Positions 1 through 9,240 are shown, counted from the first letter of the stretch. The stretch: 22,972 nucleotides of DNA from Armatimonadota bacterium (GCA_038248345.1 JBBRXO010000040.1:1-22972), one strand, 5' to 3'. A program made the numbers and translations. The notes: a model not told the origin generated them from the letters alone.

Positions 1-58
1 GATTACTATTCATTTAGAGAGTCACCGGAGAAGTTTCAACTATTTCTGGGACACACTC
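1..58. mobile_element. Possible right end of an insertion sequence (IS256-like terminal inverted repeat)
   Basis: REase-like coding stops abruptly near nt 58. The preceding TTTCAACTATTTCTGGGACACACTC (reverse complement GAGTGTGTCCCAGAAATAGTTGAAA) resembles IS256-family ends as I remember them. No transposase lies in the window. Confidence 0.4.
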
Positions 59-692
59 CGGCACATTATGGACGTCTCTTACAGAAGTACGTCTTAGCGA
101 TGGAAATGGCAAGTCAGCCGGTAATATTGACATCGTACTGGTATCATATGACACTACAGGTCAGATAACTGGATTCGGTAGTCTGGAAATTCAGGGTGTT
201 TATATATCCGGGAATATTAGACGACCGTTTGAATATTACATGCACGATCCGGCAAATAATTCCAACATGGATTGGTCAAAAGAAGAATATTACCCTAATC
301 CCGATTACCTCTCTTCTTCGAGGAAACGTCTAGCGCCACAACTCATCTACAAGGGAGGTATATTGAAGGCTTGGGATAAAAAGAGCGCTGTGGCATTAAA
401 TACGGGCTTCTTTAACACTCTTCCTCACATGAAGGAAGTAGACGAACATGATGCTGATATAGCCTGGCTTATCTACGACCTTGAGCATAATGCCGAATTG
501 GATCGGTATTCAATAACTCGTAAAGCGATTGTTTACACTAGTTTCCATGAAGCACTGAATGAAATAACTCTACCACGTCCGGGAATTGAAGCTGATTTTC
601 TTAAGGTTCTGCAGAATAAGTTGGATAAAAAACTTGATGGTACGCCACCAGATACGCCGACGATTAACGAATTTGTTGAAGGTGGTGGCTGA
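57..692 (+). pseudogene. NotI-family restriction endonuclease, 3' portion (5' part missing or interrupted)
   Basis: The frame of ORF 240..692 is open back to nt 18 and reads GTLWTSLTEVRLSDGNGKSAGNIDIVLVSYD...FGSLEIQGVYISGN...PDYLSSSRKRLAPQLIYKGGIL, which I recognise as NotI-like PD-(D/E)xK motifs. An in-frame TAG lies at 15-17 and there is no plausible start upstream of the catalytic motifs. Its TGA overlaps the methyltransferase ATG. Confidence 0.75.
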
Positions 693-1582
693 TGTCGAGA
701 GCAACTACGCAAATACCATTATTCCCATACGCTGACGTTACTCGGGTGGTCAATATCGCCTCTATTCCGCAGCGAAGCCCATTTCGTTATCCGGGCGGAA
801 AAACTTGGCTGGTACCGCATGTACGCAAGTGGTTAGCTAGCTTGCCGACTAAGCCTGTGACACTCATTGAACCATTCGCTGGCGGCGCTGTTGTAAGTTT
901 AACAGCCGTATGCGAGGGATTGGTATCTCATGCGATAATGGTCGAACTTGATGATGATGTAGCGGCGGTATGGCAAACGATATTAGGCGATGACGGAGAC
1001 TGGTTGGCGGAGAGGATATCTACCTTTCAGTTGTCATGCGAATCAGCGCGTGAGGTATTATCAGACGACAAACCTGACCTGAAGACACGAGCTTTTCAAA
1101 CGATTCTACGCAACCGGATTAATCACGGAGGAATATTAGCGCCTGGCAGCGGGGTGACCAAGTCCGGTGAAAATGGGAAGGGTATTACTTCACGCTGGTA
1201 CCCGGAGACACTAAAGTATCGCATTCATGAAATAATCAAGGTTAAGGATAAGATAACCTTTGTCCATGGTGATGGGCTAGCAATACTGGCAGACTATCGT
1301 CATGATGCAGACGCAGTTTTCTTCATTGACCCGCCATATACTGCTGGCGGCAAGAAGGCCGGTTCGCGGTTATATACGCATCATCAACTTGATCACGATG
1401 AACTGTTTTTTCGCACCCGATTACTGACAGGAGATTTTTTGATGACCTATGACGTTGCCGATGATGTGATCAAACTCGCGCAGGAATACAGTTTTAGTGT
1501 AAAACCGATCCCGATGAAGAATACCCACAATAACACGATGGATGAACTCCTGGTAGGAAGAGATTTGTGCTGGGTATACTAA
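692..1582 (+). CDS. DNA adenine methyltransferase, Dam/D12 class (alpha group)
   Basis: SPFRYPGGK, motif I EPFAGGA and catalytic motif IV FIDPPY, in alpha-class order; translationally coupled to the REase gene. Confidence 0.92.
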   Translation: MSRATTQIPLFPYADVTRVVNIASIPQRSPFRYPGGKTWLVPHVRKWLASLPTKPVTLIEPFAGGAVVSLTAVCEGLVSHAIMVELDDDVAAVWQTILGDDGDWLAERISTFQLSCESAREVLSDDKPDLKTRAFQTILRNRINHGGILAPGSGVTKSGENGKGITSRWYPETLKYRIHEIIKVKDKITFVHGDGLAILADYRHDADAVFFIDPPYTAGGKKAGSRLYTHHQLDHDELFFRTRLLTGDFLMTYDVADDVIKLAQEYSFSVKPIPMKNTHNNTMDELLVGRDLCWVY

Positions 1583-1591
1583 GGAGCAACC

Positions 1592-2053
1592 ATGACCGAA
1601 AAGACTACCTTTGATTTAAACAAAAACGTCCACCCTGCAGTTGTCATTATCAGCCTCTTGTTATTGGTAGGTTTGATACTGACGTCGGTGCCATGGTTTG
1701 GGTATAGAAATTCGCGCAAAGCGAAAGACTCCACATTGAAAGGTAACCTTACCACGCTCCGTGAAGCGGCTGAGAAATTCAAAATTGATACCGGTGTCTA
1801 TCCACAGAAGTTGGAAGATTTATCAACATCGCAGGCACCAACATATGTAGAGGCGGAGAAGTATAAGGGGACGTACCTGAATAACCAGGGTGGGATAAAA
1901 GGTGGGGTGATACCGCGTAATCCATATGTTCCTTCGACAGATAGTGATGCGGGCCACCATCGGAGCTACTCCGCCACCAGCGCGTCGGTGACGATATCTT
2001 TTCCTACTCCACCGGGGACTGACGCTAACGGTGAACCATATAGTGGATATTAA
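1592..2053 (+). CDS. GspG/type IV pilin-like protein lacking a canonical prepilin cleavage motif
   Basis: N-terminal TM helix, then KAKDSTLKGNLTTLREAAEKFKIDTGVYPQKLEDL (GspG-like helix and YP motif) and IPRNPY; SD TAAGGAG 5 nt upstream. Confidence 0.7.
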   Translation: MTEKTTFDLNKNVHPAVVIISLLLLVGLILTSVPWFGYRNSRKAKDSTLKGNLTTLREAAEKFKIDTGVYPQKLEDLSTSQAPTYVEAEKYKGTYLNNQGGIKGGVIPRNPYVPSTDSDAGHHRSYSATSASVTISFPTPPGTDANGEPYSGY

Positions 2054-2082
2054 TGCCAGGTACATGACCGGGGACGTGCTGA

Positions 2083-4716
2083 TTGCCAAATGAAACCAGA
2101 CCTAAAACTCGGCTGAAGCGGGCGCTGTTGATCATAATCAGTTCGGCGTTGCTGAGTGTGCTTATCCTGCTGGGCGTTGCCGGGTGGCGGTTCTCCCGGC
2201 TGGGGGCGACACTTAGGCCGGAGCTGGAGCGTACACTAACGCAAACGCTGGGACGTACCGTCAAGGTGGATTCGGTACGTACGGTCGGGTTTAATCAACT
2301 TAGCATAGATGGGTTGCATGTCACCGCGGGTGGGACTTCTGCCTCCGCTTCCTCGATCTTTATTCCACATACTAGTGTGGCAGTAAATGCGGCGGCGCTA
2401 CTCTTTAGCCGCAGTAAAGACCCGCTGACGCAAGTTAAGGGCATCGGCGTGGAAAATGTCGACTTGAATATTCAGCGAGCGGCAGATGGTAGCTGGGGGA
2501 TGGAAGATGTTATCAAGAAACTGCAAGAGCTTAACACTACGGCGCGTCCGCAAATACAGATTATTACCGGAAAGATAACCTATAAGGATAGTCAGCAAGG
2601 TGTGCAGACGATTGCACTGCAGGGGATGCTGGCGCCACAAGTTGAACGGCACTATCAGGTTGACCTCAACGCAACGGATAATCAGGAGAAATCCGATTTG
2701 TTACACCTTACCGGGCAATATTCCCCCGAGAACAGCTCGGTGAAGTTGCAGCTGACGGGAGAGAAGATCGCCACAAAGACTATCGCCGCAATTTTACCGG
2801 CGGATCTGCTCGAGGCAAATGATGACGTCCTGGTATCGGTACAGATGAATGTCAGTATCGGTGATATTCTCCATCCGGAATTTGCGACCACTGAGTTGAG
2901 CGGTGATATCGCAATATCAGCAGCGACAATCAAGTTTCCGGTGCCAGTAACAGTAAATGATGCTCATATTAAACTGCTAAAAACTGCCGAAAAGATCGAG
3001 GCGAAGCTGCAGTGTGCCAGCCTTGGCTGGCAAGATATTACCATGCGCGACATTGACATCTCTTTGGCCAATAGCGGGGTAGGGGAGCCGATCATAATCT
3101 CCAGCATACGTGCGGAGACTGACTACGGCAACATGATTGCCTACGATGGTAAGATGAACTGGGATGGCTCGCTGGAATTACCTTTTCGTGCAGACAGTAT
3201 CGCCCTCGGCAACTTCTCCGAGAATATATCCGGCACGGCATCACTCGCCGGTATCATCACGGGGACACTGGCGAATCCTCGAATATCCGCAACTATCAAG
3301 GCAAAGGATGGTGTGGTGTACGGAAGGCATTACGACACCGGCAATGGCGAGCTACGGTTCGCAAACGGTAAGGTGCGCCTGCACAAGATGAGTTTACGCC
3401 GTCCGGGATTTCAGCTGCAGTTAGTGGATAAAGCGAAGGGATATGATCCCTTCGTGAGCGATGCCATTGTCGACACAGTGCTGAATGTTGAAGGAGCTTC
3501 TTTCACGGAAGCTTTAGATTTATTTGGCATAGAAGCGGTGGAATTTCCCGAAGCGGTAGTGAGTGGTAGCGCGAATATTCGTTTTGCACCGATAGGCATG
3601 TCGCTAACAGGCAAGGCGCACCTGGCAGCACTTGAAAAAGCGGATTATAACCTCTATTGCATTGATGGAGTTGATGCAGAGTTCGCTTTTGCGGGCAACA
3701 CATTGGATGTTGCCACGTTGTCGGTGGCTATGGGGAAGACGGTAGCGCTGGCGAGTGGGCGCATAGCATTCCCGGCAGATGCGCCCGCCACTGTAGACAT
3801 GCAAATGAAGCTGGAGCATGGCCGGGCGGAAGATATCGCACCGCTGTGTGCATCACTCGTCGAGATTAATGCCACGGGGAATGTTGAGATAGCTGGCAAA
3901 CTGCAGGGCAGTATGACAGCCCCGGTGATCACGGGGGATATTGCCTATACGGGAGATGTCGCGCTCCCTGCCATTGCTGCACCTTTCCCCAATATAATGC
4001 GTAACCTCACTCTCGCCGCTGCTATTGACGGTAATGGTGGTGAATTGAGGGTAACACTTACGCAATGCACCGCAGAGCTGGGCAGTGCCATTGTTGGCTA
4101 TGTGCCCGGAGCGCTGGCGGTGCTGGGGAAGTTTACTATCCCGGGCGCCAGTATTGCGAATCCCAATGCCTGGCGCTGGGATATGGCGGCGCGTGTTGCT
4201 AACTGCCAACTGGATAAAACAGTGGCCTATGTCGATAATACCTCTGGTTACCTACGTCTGGTTACCATAGATGATAAACCACTGCTATCTGGGGTTCTTT
4301 GTATAGAAAATACACAGTTGCAGATACCGGCGAATAGTGTAGAGCGAGTAGTATGTCAACCATTTTCGGCATTTGATCCGGCGCTCTCTATCATGCTTCA
4401 ACTAGGCGACGGCGTGTCTGCGCTGAACAGCGGTATGAGATTCCCCCTGCGCCCTACGCCGATGTTGCTACCGCGTGTAGTGGCAACGACGCAATTTAGC
4501 TGCAGCAACAGCTTTCTGCGCCGCAACGCTACCCAGCTCGATGCGCAGCGTACGTCCGGCAGTTGGGGAACAGTTACGGGCACATTGAATTATCCTCATA
4601 TTGCGGGCAACTATGAAGTCAATCCCGACGAGATGTCGTTACTGATGGGAATTATCCCGCTGGGGGCGGCCCGAGGCAGCTTCAATATCTATCCGCGTGG
4701 CACATCAGCATTATGA
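2083..4716 (+). CDS. AsmA-like/TamB-family membrane-anchored beta-rich envelope protein
   Basis: Basic N-terminus plus TM anchor, AsmA-like LERTLTQTLGRTVKV and LNIQRAADGSW, repeated G-T-L-x-x-P motifs (ITGTLANPRI, LQGSMTAPVI, VTGTLNYPHI). TTG start is uncertain. Confidence 0.7.
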   Translation: MPNETRPKTRLKRALLIIISSALLSVLILLGVAGWRFSRLGATLRPELERTLTQTLGRTVKVDSVRTVGFNQLSIDGLHVTAGGTSASASSIFIPHTSVAVNAAALLFSRSKDPLTQVKGIGVENVDLNIQRAADGSWGMEDVIKKLQELNTTARPQIQIITGKITYKDSQQGVQTIALQGMLAPQVERHYQVDLNATDNQEKSDLLHLTGQYSPENSSVKLQLTGEKIATKTIAAILPADLLEANDDVLVSVQMNVSIGDILHPEFATTELSGDIAISAATIKFPVPVTVNDAHIKLLKTAEKIEAKLQCASLGWQDITMRDIDISLANSGVGEPIIISSIRAETDYGNMIAYDGKMNWDGSLELPFRADSIALGNFSENISGTASLAGIITGTLANPRISATIKAKDGVVYGRHYDTGNGELRFANGKVRLHKMSLRRPGFQLQLVDKAKGYDPFVSDAIVDTVLNVEGASFTEALDLFGIEAVEFPEAVVSGSANIRFAPIGMSLTGKAHLAALEKADYNLYCIDGVDAEFAFAGNTLDVATLSVAMGKTVALASGRIAFPADAPATVDMQMKLEHGRAEDIAPLCASLVEINATGNVEIAGKLQGSMTAPVITGDIAYTGDVALPAIAAPFPNIMRNLTLAAAIDGNGGELRVTLTQCTAELGSAIVGYVPGALAVLGKFTIPGASIANPNAWRWDMAARVANCQLDKTVAYVDNTSGYLRLVTIDDKPLLSGVLCIENTQLQIPANSVERVVCQPFSAFDPALSIMLQLGDGVSALNSGMRFPLRPTPMLLPRVVATTQFSCSNSFLRRNATQLDAQRTSGSWGTVTGTLNYPHIAGNYEVNPDEMSLLMGIIPLGAARGSFNIYPRGTSAL

Positions 4717-4804
4717 AGGTGAAAAGCATCGAAATTGACGGGAACAAATGACACCGCATAATTGTCTAATGTAGTAGGATTGTATATCTGAGAGGAGGAT
4801 AGTT

Positions 4805-6031
4805 ATGAAAATCACTAAGTTTATGCCGGTGCTATTAGGGATAGCATTATTAACCGCTGCATCGGGAGTAATGGCGCAAAAAACTGCGTCAGTGGAACTT
4901 CCACGTGCGGTAGCCGCCGCCAGCAACGACTTCGGCTTCCGCCTTATGGGCGAGCTGGGGAACGGCGAAATGGGCAACGTATTCTATTCCCCGGCCAGCA
5001 TCAGTATGGCGCTGGGGATGGTCTACAACGGCGCTGCGGGTACCACTAAAGATGGTATGAGCAAGACGCTGGGGATTGAGAAGCTGAAACTGGAGGATTT
5101 CAATACGGGTAATGCCGCCATTATAAAGCTGATGGAGACGGGAGACCCGAAAGTTACTTCCAATATCGCCAATGGTATCTGGGTGCAGAACGATTTCCCG
5201 TTGCTCCCCGACTTCATCGCACGGAACAAGGAGTCATACCAAGCGGAAGTGACCAATATGGATTTGACCACGCCGGAGGCGGCTGGGCCGATCAATAATT
5301 GGATTGCCAAAAAGACCAACGATAAGATCAAAGACCTGCTGAAGCCCGCTGATTTTAATGCTGATACCCGGATGATTCTGGCAAACGCTGTTTACTTCAA
5401 AGGCAAATGGACGATACCCTTCGAGAAGGGGCTTACCCAGGACGGCACCTTCACACTTGCCAATGGGAAAACGAAAAAAGTACCATTGATGAGTCGCCAC
5501 GATCATTTCGCATACCTGGAAAACGAGCAATTGCAGGCAATTCGCCTCCCATATGGTCAAGGTCGGATGATGATGACGGTAATACTACCCAGAGCCGAGG
5601 TAAAAACTGCTGATTTTGCCAAACTGCTGACGATAACGAATTGGAATACCTGGCAGCAGCAATTCACCCGGGAAATGGGGACACTGGAATTACCGAAGAT
5701 GAAACTGGATTACACCGTGGGGCTGAATGACACGTTAAGCACGTTAGGCATGGGAGACGCTTTTGCGGCGGATCAGGCTGACTTGAGCGGCATGACTGGT
5801 AAGAAAGACCTGTTTATCACGTTAGTGCGCCATAAAGCCACGCTGGATGTGAATGAGGAAAGCACCGAAGCGACCGGAGCCACAGTAGTCGGTATCTCCA
5901 CTACCTCCTTCATGCTCGACCCAATGCCGGAATTCGTCATGACGGTAGATCACCCGTTCTTCGTCACCATTAACGACAGCCAGACGGGCGCGATTCTCTT
6001 TATGGGGCAAATAAACGACCCACAGCCATAA
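4805..6031 (+). CDS. Secreted serpin (serine protease inhibitor family)
   Basis: Signal peptide; NVFYSPASISMALGM, NAVYFKGKW, hinge VNEESTEATGAT, DHPFFV, ILFMGQINDP; SD GAGGAGG. Confidence 0.95.
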   Translation: MKITKFMPVLLGIALLTAASGVMAQKTASVELPRAVAAASNDFGFRLMGELGNGEMGNVFYSPASISMALGMVYNGAAGTTKDGMSKTLGIEKLKLEDFNTGNAAIIKLMETGDPKVTSNIANGIWVQNDFPLLPDFIARNKESYQAEVTNMDLTTPEAAGPINNWIAKKTNDKIKDLLKPADFNADTRMILANAVYFKGKWTIPFEKGLTQDGTFTLANGKTKKVPLMSRHDHFAYLENEQLQAIRLPYGQGRMMMTVILPRAEVKTADFAKLLTITNWNTWQQQFTREMGTLELPKMKLDYTVGLNDTLSTLGMGDAFAADQADLSGMTGKKDLFITLVRHKATLDVNEESTEATGATVVGISTTSFMLDPMPEFVMTVDHPFFVTINDSQTGAILFMGQINDPQP

Positions 6032-6046
6032 AAGCCTGTCTGGCGA

Positions 6047-6075
6047 TTGACCAGTGCCGGGTAGTTGGGTATACT
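6047..6075 (+). promoter_or_regulatory. Sigma70-type promoter of tRNA-Gln
   Basis: TTGACC-17 nt-TATACT, ending 11 nt before the tRNA 5' end. Confidence 0.75.
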
Positions 6076-6086
6076 TATACCCATAC

Positions 6087-6162
6087 TGCCCGGTGGCGCA
6101 ATTGGCAGCGCAGAGGACTTTGAATCCTAAGGTTGGAGGTTCGACCCCTCCCCGGGCAGCCA
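6087..6162 (+). tRNA. tRNA-Gln(TTG)
   Basis: Acceptor stem TGCCCGG/CCGGGCA, D arm GCGC/GCGC, anticodon loop CT-TTG-AA, T loop TTCGACC, encoded CCA. Confidence 0.96.
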
Positions 6163-6251
6163 ATGGTTTAGGTCTGTATGTTTCTTTTGAATTTGACAGG
6201 CTTTTACGGCTTATTTGTGATAGAAGCAACCTAAAGACCTAAGGACCTAAA

Positions 6252-6983
6252 ATGCGTTGGTATTTCTCGCGGGCAGAACAATATGCAGTGGCAGTGCTGC
6301 TGGTGGCCGTGGTAGGCGCACTGGTGGTGTTGGGTTATGCCTATGGCGCGCGCTCTACCATGCAAGCAGCTAACGGCCCACTTTACACACCGCAACGACA
6401 ATCCTCTTCCAGCTCCAGTGAAACAATGACGAGTGTCACCGTGCATGTTACCGGGGCGGTAGTGCATGGCGGTACGTACACTCTCGATTCTAATGCGCGA
6501 ATCAACGATGCCCTGCAGGCCGCGGGCGGCCCAACGGAAGACGGATGCCCGGAGGCGATGAACCTGGCGGCACACCTGCAGGATGGGCAAAAGATCAGTC
6601 TGCCAACCCGTACGGAATGGGAGAAGACTACCGCCGAGACTCCGCCGCCCCTGGTGGAAAATGAGCAACCTCGCCCCAGCGCCAGCGCAGGGAGTGTAGC
6701 TGCTGCGGAGCTGCCAGCAGAGACCGAAGGAGCGGCAGCGTCTACCACGAGCGATAATAAACCGGCGACTCCTGCCAAGGTGACGGGGGATGAGAAGATC
6801 AATATCAATACTGCGTCGTATGAAGAGCTGCAGCGCCTGCCTCGCGTCGGCCCAGTGATGGCCCAGGCGATAATAGATTACCGTACGAAAAACGGCCCCA
6901 TTACCGACTACGCCCAGTTGCTGAATATCCCTCGCCTGGGGGAGAAGACACTGGAAAATCTGAAACCGCATATCACGCTGTGA
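6252..6983 (+). CDS. comEA: Competence DNA receptor ComEA (TM, SLBB domain, linker, helix-hairpin-helix)
   Basis: VHVTGAV..GGTYTL...ARINDALQAAGG...MNLAAHLQDGQKI (SLBB); KININTASYEELQRLPRVGPVMAQAIIDYR and IPRLGEKT (HhH). Confidence 0.9.
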   Translation: MRWYFSRAEQYAVAVLLVAVVGALVVLGYAYGARSTMQAANGPLYTPQRQSSSSSSETMTSVTVHVTGAVVHGGTYTLDSNARINDALQAAGGPTEDGCPEAMNLAAHLQDGQKISLPTRTEWEKTTAETPPPLVENEQPRPSASAGSVAAAELPAETEGAAASTTSDNKPATPAKVTGDEKININTASYEELQRLPRVGPVMAQAIIDYRTKNGPITDYAQLLNIPRLGEKTLENLKPHITL

Positions 6984-6991
6984 AGGGGGGA

Positions 6992-7065
6992 TGGAGGCGA
7001 CATCCGGAGTTGAACCGGACTACGAGGTTTTGCAGACCTCTGCCTGACCGCTCGGCCATGTCGCC
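6992..7065 (-). tRNA. tRNA-Cys(GCA)
   Basis: Reverse complement GGCGACA...GAGGT-CTGCAAA-ACCTC...TCCGG-TTCAACT-CCGGA-TGTCGCC-T-CCA; U73 discriminator typical of Cys. Confidence 0.96.
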
Positions 7066-7075
7066 ATCACTAAAA

Positions 7076-7151
<76 letters not shown>

Positions 7152-7163
7152 TCGGCTGTGAGA

Positions 7164-7191
7164 ATTATAGCAGATTTAGCGAATTTGTCAA
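7164..7191 (-). promoter_or_regulatory. Sigma70 promoter of the tRNA-Gly/tRNA-Cys pair
   Basis: TTGACA-16 nt-TATAAT with extended -10 TGn, ending 12 nt upstream of tRNA-Gly. Confidence 0.85.
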
Positions 7192-7281
7192 CTTTTGAGA
7201 CTACCGAAATCATTGAGTTCCAGAGGTAATTGAAAAACCTTATTGAATTCAGAACTGGGGCGTTGCCCCAAGGAAAGATTT

Positions 7282-7336
7282 CTGGTCACGAACCATCAAA
7301 ATGACTCGTGACCAGCGACTCGTGACTAGCGACTCA
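7282..7336. repeat. Heptamer tandem repeat plus a 10-bp inverted repeat downstream of transketolase
   Basis: GACTCGT GACCAGC GACTCGT GACTAGC GACTCA (7303-7336); CTGGTCACGA (7282-7291) pairs with TCGTGACCAG (7306-7315). Confidence 0.75.
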
Positions 7337-8272
7337 TTTTCGTGCCACTAACTTCTGTGCTGCGGCTGCTACGTCCTTGGCAGTTAGTCCGTATTTCTCC
7401 AGCAGTGAATCTGGTGTGCCGGATTCGCCGAAGCGGTCGCCGATGTTGACGAAAGACATCGGTATCGGGCAGTGTTCTACCACCACCTGTGATACCGCCT
7501 GGCCGAGGCCACCGTGGTTGATGTGCTCTTCAGCAACGACGATAGCGCCAGTCTCTTTAGCAGCGGTGATGATCGCCTCAACATCCAGTGGTTTAATGCT
7601 GCTGAAGTTGATGACGCGGGCATCTATCCCAGTTTCTGCCAATTGGGCGGCTGCTTCCAATGATGCGCCTACCATTAACCCCATGGCAATAATGGTGACA
7701 TCTTTGCCTGGGCGAAGAGTGTCGGCCTTGCCGATGGTGAACTTAACGTCAGCAGTGTAAATGATGGGCACTTGCGGACGGCCGGCGCGGATGTAGACCG
7801 GCCCTTTATGAAAGGCGGCGGCGCGGACAGCGGCACGCATTTCATGCTCATCAGCTGGTACCAGTACAGCGAAGCCGTGCAGACAACAGGCGAGGGCGAT
7901 GTCTTCAATTCCCTGCTGGGAGACGCCGTCTTCTCCGATGCTGATGCCTGTGTGGGTGCCGCAGAATTTGGCATTCTCGCCCTGATAAGCCACCGACATG
8001 CGCAATTGGTCGAAACCCTTGCAGATGAGGAAGCTGGCAAAGGAGGAGGCGAAGGGGATGAGACCCGCGCTGGCCATACCAGAGGCCACGCCGACCATAT
8101 TCGCTTCACAGATGCCCATATTGAAGAAACGTTCCGGGTATACATTCTGGAACAATTTACTCATGGTTGCTTTGGAAAGGTCAGCGTCGAGCACCACCAT
8201 TTCCGGTATCTCCGCACCCAGGCTGGCAAGAGCCTCACCATAGGCTACGCGGGTTGCTTTTCCGAGTTCCAT
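7334..8272 (-). CDS. Transketolase, C-terminal (pyrimidine-binding) subunit
   Basis: ATRVAYGEAL, VLDADLSKAT, RFFNMGICEANM, GEDGVSQQGIED, EEHINHGGLG. Start reassigned to ATG 8272 (SD AGGAG) from 8392. Confidence 0.93.
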   Translation of the reverse strand: MELGKATRVAYGEALASLGAEIPEMVVLDADLSKATMSKLFQNVYPERFFNMGICEANMVGVASGMASAGLIPFASSFASFLICKGFDQLRMSVAYQGENAKFCGTHTGISIGEDGVSQQGIEDIALACCLHGFAVLVPADEHEMRAAVRAAAFHKGPVYIRAGRPQVPIIYTADVKFTIGKADTLRPGKDVTIIAMGLMVGASLEAAAQLAETGIDARVINFSSIKPLDVEAIITAAKETGAIVVAEEHINHGGLGQAVSQVVVEHCPIPMSFVNIGDRFGESGTPDSLLEKYGLTAKDVAAAAQKLVARK

Positions 8273-8327
8273 AATTATTCTCCTAGATATCAGTACGGGT
8301 GCAATATCTGCGCCCACATTAATCAGA

Positions 8328-9161
8328 TTACGCGAGTTCTGCCATTGCCCGGGCACATTCATCTGCATTCGGAGCTTTGCCGTGCCATTCATTGTTGCCA
8401 GCGATGAAGCAGACGCCTTCGCCTTTTATCGTGTTGGCGATGATGCATACCGGTTTGCCGGTGATGGTCTTCGCTTCGGCAAATGCCGCGAGAATCTCTT
8501 CCATATTATGCCCGTTGATCTCGATGGTGTGCCAACCGAAGGCGGCCCATTTCTCGGCGATGGGTGCCCAGTTGAGGATTTGCTCAATGGAACCATCAAG
8601 CTGGAATTTGTTGGAGTCCACGATAGCGACGAGGTTGTCCAATTTATAGAAAGGTGCGCTCATGGCGGCTTCCCATACCTGGCCTTCTTCTGCTTCGCCG
8701 TCGCCCAGCATTACGTAGGTGCGGAAATTATCACCTTTATACTTGGCGGCCATTGCCATACCCACGCCGACTGACAACCCCATACCGAGTGAGCCGGTAG
8801 AAGCCTCAATGATCGGCAGATCCACTTTCGACGGATGGCCTTGCAGTGGGCTTCCCAGTTTGCGTAGGGTTACCAGCGATTCGATGGGGAGATATCCCGC
8901 TTCCGCTAACGCAGCGTAGAGTACCGGCGCTGCATGACCTTTGCTGAGGATGAAGCGATCGCGGTTAGGATCGTGTGGATTGTTAACATCGTGCCGCATA
9001 ACTCCACCGAAATAGAGCGCGGTGACGACATCTGCTGCGGATAGTGACCCACCTGGGTGGCCGGATTTTGCTGCTGCGATAGACTCCACCACGTGGCGGC
9101 GAATAGCTTTAGCTTTTTCCTGCAACGCCTCGATGGAGGATCCGGTTGTTGTCGTAGTCAT
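8328..9161 (-). CDS. Transketolase, N-terminal (TPP-binding) subunit
   Basis: SGHPGGSLS, RDRFILSKGHAAP, LQGHP, STGSLGMG, GDGE...N TPP motif, WHGKAP. Start reassigned to ATG 9161 (SD AAGGAG). Confidence 0.95.
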   Translation of the reverse strand: MTTTTTGSSIEALQEKAKAIRRHVVESIAAAKSGHPGGSLSAADVVTALYFGGVMRHDVNNPHDPNRDRFILSKGHAAPVLYAALAEAGYLPIESLVTLRKLGSPLQGHPSKVDLPIIEASTGSLGMGLSVGVGMAMAAKYKGDNFRTYVMLGDGEAEEGQVWEAAMSAPFYKLDNLVAIVDSNKFQLDGSIEQILNWAPIAEKWAAFGWHTIEINGHNMEEILAAFAEAKTITGKPVCIIANTIKGEGVCFIAGNNEWHGKAPNADECARAMAELA

Positions 9162-9240
9162 GGACCTGTAATCTCCTTCGTGTAACATAGCACTGGCGAC
9201 CCGAAAAGGCCGCCAGTAAATCGTGATTATTATAACATAT

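Noticed and set aside
240..692. The 150-aa ORF as a complete stand-alone gene
   Set aside because: ATG 240 is internal; the nuclease catalytic motifs lie upstream in the same frame.
7303..7336. CRISPR array
   Set aside because: Contiguous 7-nt units with no spacers and no cas genes.
7334..9161. Split transketolase as a frameshifted pseudogene
   Set aside because: Two-subunit transketolases are common, and each half has its own SD and start.
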